Origin: Bdellovibrionota bacterium
GTDB taxonomy: Bacteria > Bdellovibrionota_C > UBA2361 > JBGSMV01
NCBI GenBank assembly: GCA_044356455.1
Contig: JBIKWF010000120.1
Location: 1-12,367, forward strand
Direction: 5' to 3'
Length of the DNA: 12,367 bases
Part shown: one piece after another, positions 5,983 to 12,367 of the stretch
Layout: each line of letters begins with the position of its first letter
How positions within the stretch are numbered: position 1 is the first letter of the stretch
Program-made: the position numbers and the translations under genes
Notes under the pieces: generated by a model
What the model was told of the DNA's origin: nothing
The model's database searches: none
What the model saw: only the letters and a program-made list of their open reading frames with translations

Positions 5983-8900
5983 TTAAAAATTCAGCGCCGC
6001 CTCAAGCCGCACTCCAATTTCTGGACTCACAAAGGCCTCGTAACCAAGCGACTGATCATACTCATAGTCCTGATTAAAGACATTGAGCACTTCAAGTGAA
6101 ATTCGCCCGTTGCGGCGCGGTAAGCGATACCCGAGGCCCACATCAACAAGAAAGAAACTCTCCTTGCCGTCTGCAAGGAAGAATCCGCCCGTGCGATCCT
6201 GATTGCGCCAGGTGCCGCGCGTGAAGGCAAAAAGCCCACTTGCATCAAAGTAGCGCATAGTTCCGCCCAAACGATGCGTCTTGTAGGACTGAAAGTCTGA
6301 AGGGTCGAGTCGCCGCGACTCGCTATATTGATACTCGAGCACTCCAAGCAAGCGCTCGGTAAACGTATGCGCCGCATAGGAGCGTACTAAATCCTGGGAG
6401 AGATATTGCTTGAAGTCGCTGAGCGCCACGACGTTATCAAATATTCCATTCTCATAATCGAGCCCAACGACATAGGAAGCATCAGTTGAAGTCTCGTTAA
6501 AGCGGCGCCGAATCCATTCAGCTCCTACATAGGTGTAGCCGCCAATTTTATAGTCAGCTCCGAACCCAAGGTTACGAGCCTCGGTGCCAGGGCGATCGTT
6601 AAAGCGCTGAACGAGTCCAGCAACTGATGTTGGCTCAAGTACGGCTTGATCCTCAAATACTGATTTGCCAAGCGTCTCGAAATAGGCGCCGCGCAGGGAG
6701 AGCTCTTCCCAGGGCGTTACAAACAAGCCAACTTTGGGATTAAAGCGACTTCGCGAGTATGATTCGCTCGCAAAGGGAGAAACCTCGCGCTTCTCGAAAT
6801 CAACCGTAGCATACGATCCCCCGAGCGTAAGATCCGCCCACGAAGTAGCGTGAATTGTAGAATAGAGGTAGGCCGACCCCGACCGTAAGTGTTCGACGCC
6901 AGTGCTGGTAAGCACATAGTCCAAGCCTGTAAAGAGCCCCTGATCATCATCGATGAGCAGAGAATTATCGTTTCGCTCCGTGTCAAAGGCGACTCCCTCG
7001 ACGCCGCCAAGGAGCGAGAGCGATTCCCCGCGCCAAATAATCTGGGAACCACCATCGATTCGATTCAAGTCCTCGCGAGTTTTGTCTTGCGCGATGGTAT
7101 CAAGGAAGAAGTCCTCCTCATCAAGGCCCTGAATTACCGCGGGAAGGTTTTCCAGACTAAGAGCACTCAAACGGTCTCGACCGGCAGAGACCTGCGCAAC
7201 AACGGTAGTTTGTGACGAGACATTAACCCCGTACCCAAGGCCAACAGCTCCCGAACGGAGTTCCGAGTCTTGAGGGCTTCCGCCTTCGTCTTCATACTGC
7301 CTGAACTGTCCCTTGGCATCGAAGGAAATACGCTGATCAGGACTGAGCTGATACTGCGCCCTTACGGACGAGGCGTAGTCTCGCAAGTAGTTTCCAGACT
7401 TGAGCCCATCCCCTAACGTGCTTTGCACCTGGACGGCCGCGCCAAGCTTGCCCTCGCGCATGGCGGCTACGGCGCTGCCACCATACAAGTCATCACGACC
7501 ATCGTAAGACACTGAGAAAGCGGAGCGAGTTTCGCTCCTATCAAAAACCTGACTGTAATCATTGAGCGAGGCGCCTCCGCCGGCGGAGGAAAGGAAGGTC
7601 AGGTTAAGCGGCGCCAAAAGGTCTGCGATACGGAGTTCAGATTGGCTGCTATCAAAGAAGGCAATCGCGTCCTCGTTGTCGCCGAGCATGCGATGGGCGC
7701 TGTAATTAAGATAATCAGCATTGAGCGATTTGTAGGCCTCAATACGCGCGGCATCTTTAAGACCAAGTTCTGAGAAAACTTTACCAAGACTTGTGCTGCG
7801 CACCGCGCGGTCTTGATCGAGTAAAAAGCTACTGCGGTAGACCGCGCGCGCATCATTTAAAGAAATCGAGTTTTCCACGTCTCGCAGCGCGCCAATCGGA
7901 TTATTCTGAGAGAGCTTGGTATAGGCCCGGTAAAGGTGGGGAGTTGGATCCTTGGGGTCGCTCTGCTCAGCAATCCGAAACTCTTGTAGAGACTGCTCCT
8001 CTTTGCCCTGCTCAAAGAATAGCTTTCCTAAGTAACTACGATATACCGCGTTCCCTGGTTCAAGTGCGACTGCTTTCTCAAGCGCACCTTGCGCGGCAAC
8101 AAGATCGCCGGCCGCTACTTGTGCAAGAGAGAGACCGAGATAGGCTTGGCTATTTACACTATCGTGGGCGAGAGCGGCCCTAAAGGTTTCTCCTGCCGCT
8201 TCAGAATCAAGATCGCTCAGCTCAAGAAAACCCTTCACAATCAAAGCAGGAACATTCGTAACATCAAGCGCCAAAGATTTATTAAGAAGCTCTCTTGCGC
8301 GCTCTCTGCGATCAAAAGAAAGCTCTAGCTCAGCAAGGCGCGCATAGGCGGCTGCGCTTAAAGTGCCCTTACTTTCGAGATGAGCGAGCGCGGACCTTGC
8401 GCCCTCGAGGTCTCGCTCAGCCTGCTTTACGTATGACGCTGCAAGTGCGACCAGTTCACTTTCAGGGGCCTCCTCAGAAGCCTCATTCGAAAGTTTTGCC
8501 GCCTCTTCAAATTGCTGCCGAATGACAAGAATAAATGACTGAAGTGCCTTCGCTTCAGCTTTGGAACCAGAGGCACCAGACATGAGCGTTTTAAGATCGG
8601 CAGTCGCCCGATCAAGGTTGCCGCTCGCAAGACTCTTAAGTGCGGGCGCAAGGTCAGAAGGAAGCGCGCCTGTTTTATCTGAGAAGGGGCTGTAAAAAGT
8701 CCATTGCACCGCGTCACGCGGTGTGACGGTGTAACGCTTAACGGGCGCCGATCCTCGCACCGTCTCTACAATCTCACCGCTTGTGGCAGAGACTGAACCA
8801 TAAGAGTTCTGGGCGAATACTGCTCCATCAAGGACAGTTAACACTGTCTTATCCTGTGAAACATCGAGCGCAAACTCCGTACCGCGCGCGGCTGCGGAAA

Positions 8901-9414
8901 CTACAGGAGTTCGAATCTCGGGGTCGAGACTTCCAGAACGCGAGAAGAAGTGGAATTTACCTCCCTCCGCGGTCAAGGAATTCTTTATTCCTTCCTTATT
9001 AAAGGAAAGCTGAGCCCGTGAGCTCAAGCGGATAAAACCTCCATCTGAGAAAGAGATACCCGCACGACCCACCTCGCCTACTCTTATCGCGTCCTGGGCC
9101 GTAAACACTTGATCGAGCTCTACTGCTTTCCAGCTTTGGGGAGCTGAGGCAAAGGAGCCCTCGACAGCTCCTTCCTTTGAAAATAGACGGCCGATTTCGG
9201 CGTTCTGGGACCAGGCCTGCCTGGGAAGACTGAAGAGGCTCACAACCAGGACCAAAAGCGCCGTATGGGCGAGAAGCATCATGTTTCGCATAGATGGCCT
9301 TGCAATCTTGGTCTGGAGGCAGACCATGCTCATGGGGAGCCCCATACCCGGAGCTAATAAATGGGGTGCTACAGGACAGAGAAGGAGGGACAATAGTTTG
9401 GTGTAGGCGGACAT
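5983..9414 (-). CDS. Outer-membrane protein: FecR domain + TPR repeats + TonB-dependent-receptor-like beta-barrel (NsrA-like)
   Basis: Signal peptide ...LLVLVVSLFSLPRQAWS|Q (true start probably ATG 9291, MRNMM). FecR-type 'ISFSDGGFIRL...IRTPVVSAAARGTEF'; multiple TPRs (ALEKAVALEP, YLGKLFFEQG); amphipathic strands; C-terminal 'LEVLNVFNQDY...GVRLEAALNF' with a terminal Phe. Confidence 0.9.
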   Translation of the reverse strand: MSAYTKLLSLLLCPVAPHLLAPGMGLPMSMVCLQTKIARPSMRNMMLLAHTALLVLVVSLFSLPRQAWSQNAEIGRLFSKEGAVEGSFASAPQSWKAVELDQVFTAQDAIRVGEVGRAGISFSDGGFIRLSSRAQLSFNKEGIKNSLTAEGGKFHFFSRSGSLDPEIRTPVVSAAARGTEFALDVSQDKTVLTVLDGAVFAQNSYGSVSATSGEIVETVRGSAPVKRYTVTPRDAVQWTFYSPFSDKTGALPSDLAPALKSLASGNLDRATADLKTLMSGASGSKAEAKALQSFILVIRQQFEEAAKLSNEASEEAPESELVALAASYVKQAERDLEGARSALAHLESKGTLSAAAYARLAELELSFDRRERARELLNKSLALDVTNVPALIVKGFLELSDLDSEAAGETFRAALAHDSVNSQAYLGLSLAQVAAGDLVAAQGALEKAVALEPGNAVYRSYLGKLFFEQGKEEQSLQEFRIAEQSDPKDPTPHLYRAYTKLSQNNPIGALRDVENSISLNDARAVYRSSFLLDQDRAVRSTSLGKVFSELGLKDAARIEAYKSLNADYLNYSAHRMLGDNEDAIAFFDSSQSELRIADLLAPLNLTFLSSAGGGASLNDYSQVFDRSETRSAFSVSYDGRDDLYGGSAVAAMREGKLGAAVQVQSTLGDGLKSGNYLRDYASSVRAQYQLSPDQRISFDAKGQFRQYEDEGGSPQDSELRSGAVGLGYGVNVSSQTTVVAQVSAGRDRLSALSLENLPAVIQGLDEEDFFLDTIAQDKTREDLNRIDGGSQIIWRGESLSLLGGVEGVAFDTERNDNSLLIDDDQGLFTGLDYVLTSTGVEHLRSGSAYLYSTIHATSWADLTLGGSYATVDFEKREVSPFASESYSRSRFNPKVGLFVTPWEELSLRGAYFETLGKSVFEDQAVLEPTSVAGLVQRFNDRPGTEARNLGFGADYKIGGYTYVGAEWIRRRFNETSTDASYVVGLDYENGIFDNVVALSDFKQYLSQDLVRSYAAHTFTERLLGVLEYQYSESRRLDPSDFQSYKTHRLGGTMRYFDASGLFAFTRGTWRNQDRTGGFFLADGKESFFLVDVGLGYRLPRRNGRISLEVLNVFNQDYEYDQSLGYEAFVSPEIGVRLEAALNF

Positions 9415-9470
9415 AGATTTAATTCGTATACTCGCGCCTGCTAAGCGTCAAACGAAAAGCGTGAGGAACC

Positions 9471-10022
9471 ATGTCCGTTCGCCATATTTCTCTCTCCCCT
9501 CTCTCTACACCACTCCCTACCTTCAACCTAGGATCCCTCCTCAGGTCAGTAGCCCTTTGCTCTCTCGCAACCTGCATGCTCGGACTGAGCTCTTGCGGTG
9601 GTAATTCGGGAGATAGCGACGTCCCTGTCAACTATCAGGGTACCTGGAACGCGAGATACAATTTACCCATCGACGACTGCCAAATTGTCCTTCCCAGCGT
9701 TCCTGGGTTTGTCGATGTTTTAGAAATCACCCAATCCGGCTCCACAGCAACGGTAGGAGCCCGTAGTGGATTTTTTGCCGAATCGGAGGGTTCTGTCAGC
9801 TCTGAGGGAGATCTCTCTGTCGTATCGACGCTCGAAGGCGACTTCTTTGGAAATGGCTCAACCTGTAGTCAAGAAAATAGCCTTTCTTTCTCCCCCTCTT
9901 CAGAATCAAGTCCCGAGGACGGCACCGCAGCCGCGCTCTTTGAGATGACCATCGTATGCACCGACGGGTTTGAATGCCTCTCGCGCGCGGTGGGAACTGC
10001 GGAGCGCCAGCCCGCGCTCTAA
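9471..10022 (+). CDS. Putative lipoprotein, small beta-rich domain
   Basis: SD GAGGA; lipobox LSSC (Cys42) followed by a GGNSGDSD tether; YQGTW motif; four further Cys; acidic and Ser-rich. Confidence 0.8.
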   Translation: MSVRHISLSPLSTPLPTFNLGSLLRSVALCSLATCMLGLSSCGGNSGDSDVPVNYQGTWNARYNLPIDDCQIVLPSVPGFVDVLEITQSGSTATVGARSGFFAESEGSVSSEGDLSVVSTLEGDFFGNGSTCSQENSLSFSPSSESSPEDGTAAALFEMTIVCTDGFECLSRAVGTAERQPAL

Positions 10023-10064
10023 TGCCCGCGTGCTTCTTTGTGAGAATAAAAACCTAAGCACACT

Positions 10065-12065
10065 ATGGGCAACGTTGCAGCCACAAAGCGAATTCCATGG
10101 GGGGCTATTGGTCTCGCTTTTATCGCAACTCTCATTCATGGAATTGTTTACTTCTCGCCTCTGGGAGCAAAGGTCGAGCACTACGTTGCTGATGCCTGGT
10201 TTACCGCGCGCGGCAAAATCGACTCGCCTGGCTCCGTCGCTATTGTGGCGATAGATGAGCAAAGCTACCGAAATCTTAACGTGCCCCTAAATCAGCCATG
10301 GCCCCGAGCGCTTGAGGCAAAGCTGCTCGCAAAGCTAAAGAATTACGACGTGAAAGGGGTTGTATTTGATATTCTTTTCCTTGATCAAGGCAGCGACCCT
10401 GCGGCGGATCGGGCACTCGCGGAATCTATTGCCGGGATCCCCGTGTATCTCGGCGCTGAATCATCCGTGCAGCAAGTGCGCGCCGCCACCGGATCCTACG
10501 TGCTTGAGGAATTACTCACGCCCTACCCTCCTTTTAAAGATGCGGCCAAGGGAATCGCGCTCGTGGGGCTTCCAGAAGATGCGGGAGTAATTCGGCGCTT
10601 TTTCACCGCAAGATCTGAACAGACTGCCCACATCCCTTCGCTTGCTGAAGCTGGCTACCTTCTTTATTCAGGGGCATCCGCCGCACCTCAAGCCCCCTCT
10701 GAACGAGATTTCATTAAGTACTACGGACCCGCTCGCTCAATCCCTTCATATTCTTTTTATCAGTTGCTCGAAGAAGAGAAACCTCTTCCCAAAGAGGTTC
10801 TTCAAGGGCGCGTCGTATACGTGGGACTAGTGCTCAGAACAGACACGGGCCCAGCACAAAAAGACGTGTTTAGCTCGCCGTTTCTTGGAGAAAGAATCTT
10901 CGGAACTGAAATCCACGCCACAGGCGCCGCTAATCTGATCGAGCAAAACTGGATTAAGAGATGGGGAGAGTGGACCGAGCTCCTGTTTCTCTCCGTTATT
11001 GGCTTCGCAGTATTTGCAGGAATCGCAATCCTGCGGCCGGGCTGGGGCGTCATCATCTCGCTCACCAGCATCGTACTTTGGCTGGTAAGCTCCTTCTTAC
11101 TATTCTTAGGCAGTATCTTCCTCCCGGGCCTGCTGCTGATGGGCGGCTTCATTCCCCTGTTTCTCCTGGGGGCAAGTCTTTTTAAGTATCAGTCAGAGCG
11201 AAAGTCATCGCTTCGCATCCAAAATGCCTTCGAGCGTTATCTCTCACCTGAAATGGCACGCCAAATGGCCGAACAGCCCGGCGCCCTTGAGCTAGGTGGC
11301 CAAAAAATCTGGGCTACGGCCCTCTTTACCGATATCGCTGACTTCTCGACCATCAGCGAAGAAATGCCCGCAGAAAAAGTCGCAGAAATGCTCAATGCCT
11401 ATTTCAGCGAAGTTCTTGAAATTGTCTTTGAAAACAAGGGCACTCTCATTAAATTTATCGGTGACGCCGCCTTCGTACTCTGGGGCGCACCTATGCGCAT
11501 CGACAATCATGCCGAGCTCGCTTTAAAGAGCGCCATGGGCATGCACTTAGCCGTTAAGAAATTTAATGAGACAAAACGATTTCCTGCCCTTAACACACGC
11601 CTCGGGATACACACCGGACCTATGGTGGTGGGCAATCTTGGGTCCGCTCGGCGCTTCGATTATACGGCCATCGGAGACTCGGTAAATCTCGCCTCTCGAA
11701 TCGAGGGGCTCAACAAATACTTTGGAACCACCATTCTATTTTCATCCTCTACTCGCAAAGATCTAGGGTCGGCCGTTAAGGCGATTTCGGTAGGTTTTGT
11801 GCAAGTTGCAGGGAAAAAGGAGCCTGTAGAGCTCTATATGCCTTATGGAGACGAAGTTTCAGAAAAACAGCTCAACTACTGGGAGGAAGGCTGCCGATCC
11901 TTTAAGGGGAAACAGTGGACTGAGGCGCGCGAAAGCTTTGAGCGTCTTTTAGGGCATGAGCTTCTCGGAAAACCAGCAGAACTGTACCTTAAGGAAATTA
12001 AGAAGTTCGAGTCTGCCCCGCCGCCAGGTGAATGGCGTGGCGAACTTATCTTCTCCTCCAAATAA
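10065..12065 (+). CDS. CHASE2-domain class III adenylate cyclase
   Basis: N-terminal TM; CHASE2 motifs (AIVAIDEQSY, PWPRAL, VVFDILF, FGTEIHA); three TM helices; cyclase motifs LFTDIADFSTISE, KFIGDA (ATP-specifying Lys), GIHTGPMVVGNLG and YTAIGDSVNLASRIEG (class IIIb Thr, Asn, Arg); TPR-like C-tail ending PPPGEWRG. Confidence 0.95.
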   Translation: MGNVAATKRIPWGAIGLAFIATLIHGIVYFSPLGAKVEHYVADAWFTARGKIDSPGSVAIVAIDEQSYRNLNVPLNQPWPRALEAKLLAKLKNYDVKGVVFDILFLDQGSDPAADRALAESIAGIPVYLGAESSVQQVRAATGSYVLEELLTPYPPFKDAAKGIALVGLPEDAGVIRRFFTARSEQTAHIPSLAEAGYLLYSGASAAPQAPSERDFIKYYGPARSIPSYSFYQLLEEEKPLPKEVLQGRVVYVGLVLRTDTGPAQKDVFSSPFLGERIFGTEIHATGAANLIEQNWIKRWGEWTELLFLSVIGFAVFAGIAILRPGWGVIISLTSIVLWLVSSFLLFLGSIFLPGLLLMGGFIPLFLLGASLFKYQSERKSSLRIQNAFERYLSPEMARQMAEQPGALELGGQKIWATALFTDIADFSTISEEMPAEKVAEMLNAYFSEVLEIVFENKGTLIKFIGDAAFVLWGAPMRIDNHAELALKSAMGMHLAVKKFNETKRFPALNTRLGIHTGPMVVGNLGSARRFDYTAIGDSVNLASRIEGLNKYFGTTILFSSSTRKDLGSAVKAISVGFVQVAGKKEPVELYMPYGDEVSEKQLNYWEEGCRSFKGKQWTEARESFERLLGHELLGKPAELYLKEIKKFESAPPPGEWRGELIFSSK

Positions 12066-12080
12066 TGGGGAACAAACACT

Positions 12081-12367
12081 ATGAGTCTCAAGCGAACGTT
12101 TCTTGCTTTCGCTCCGTCCCTACTTGTCGCGAGTGCCGCCTTAACAGCACTGGCTGCTCTCACCGCGGGAACAACCTCGAAAATAAGTTTTAATTCCTCG
12201 GGCGGCATTGCCTCTGGCTTTTCAGCGAATCCGACGCAGCCACCTAATGGTGGCTATGTCGTTTACGAAACTGGCGCGAGCGATATCCTTTCTAACGATA
12301 ATAACTTTTCTAGTGATGTAGCTCTCAAGAACCTGGTCTCAGGAGAGGTAACTGCCATAAGCATAAA
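12081..12367 (+). CDS. Secreted TolB-like/PD40 beta-propeller repeat protein, 5' part; runs off the window end
   Basis: Not in the ORF track. Manual translation: MSLKRTFLAFAPSLLVASAALTALAALTAGTTSKISFNSSGGIASGFSANPTQPPNGGYVVYETGASDILSNDNNFSSDVALKNLVSGEVTAISI. A signal peptide is followed by a unit like the 'DGRYVAFESxAxNLVxxDTNxxSDVFVRDLxTGxxxxVS' repeat. Confidence 0.78.
   Translation, partial: MSLKRTFLAFAPSLLVASAALTALAALTAGTTSKISFNSSGGIASGFSANPTQPPNGGYVVYETGASDILSNDNNFSSDVALKNLVSGEVTAISI

Noticed and set aside
5854..6099. 81-aa plus-strand ORF
   Set aside because: TTG start, antisense overlap with the receptor 3' end, and not protein-like.
9292..9414. First 41 codons of the 1143-aa ORF as true coding sequence
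   Set aside because: The signal peptide fits a start at 9291, and a start at 9414 leaves only 56 nt for two divergent promoters. Not fully excluded.
5983..9414. Classical TonB-dependent iron transporter with FecI/FecR cascade
   Set aside because: No recognisable plug or TonB box, and no ECF sigma gene in the window; the FecR and TPR domains are fused to the barrel.
557..12208. Remaining short overlapping ORFs in the six-frame track
   Set aside because: They are shadow or antisense frames of well-supported genes, with no motifs or credible starts.
1..12367. Genome-wide TAG reassignment (alternative genetic code)
   Set aside because: The 343, 427, 666 and 1143 aa genes contain no internal TAG, and ORF 4770..5519 ends plausibly at a TAG.

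Overview
Bacterial chromosomal window from a diderm organism (outer-membrane barrel protein and lipoprotein present; taxon not determinable from sequence alone). From left to right it holds the 5' end of hflK, a MITE-like element with CACAGAG repeats, a small membrane-anchored 10-Cys protein, an unknown gene split by one in-frame TAG (missed by the ORF track), a probable methyltransferase remnant, an aldo/keto reductase, an orphan GT2 glycosyltransferase, a secreted Cys-rich protein behind a sigma54/IHF-like promoter, and a hairpin-dense intergenic region. The right half is a divergent trans-envelope signalling locus: a FecR-TPR-beta-barrel outer-membrane protein opposite an operon of a lipoprotein, a CHASE2 class III adenylate cyclase and a secreted TolB-like beta-propeller (truncated by the window end). 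This locus resembles Sinorhizobium NsrA/CyaK but has extra components. All family calls come from motif recognition by eye; no searches were run.
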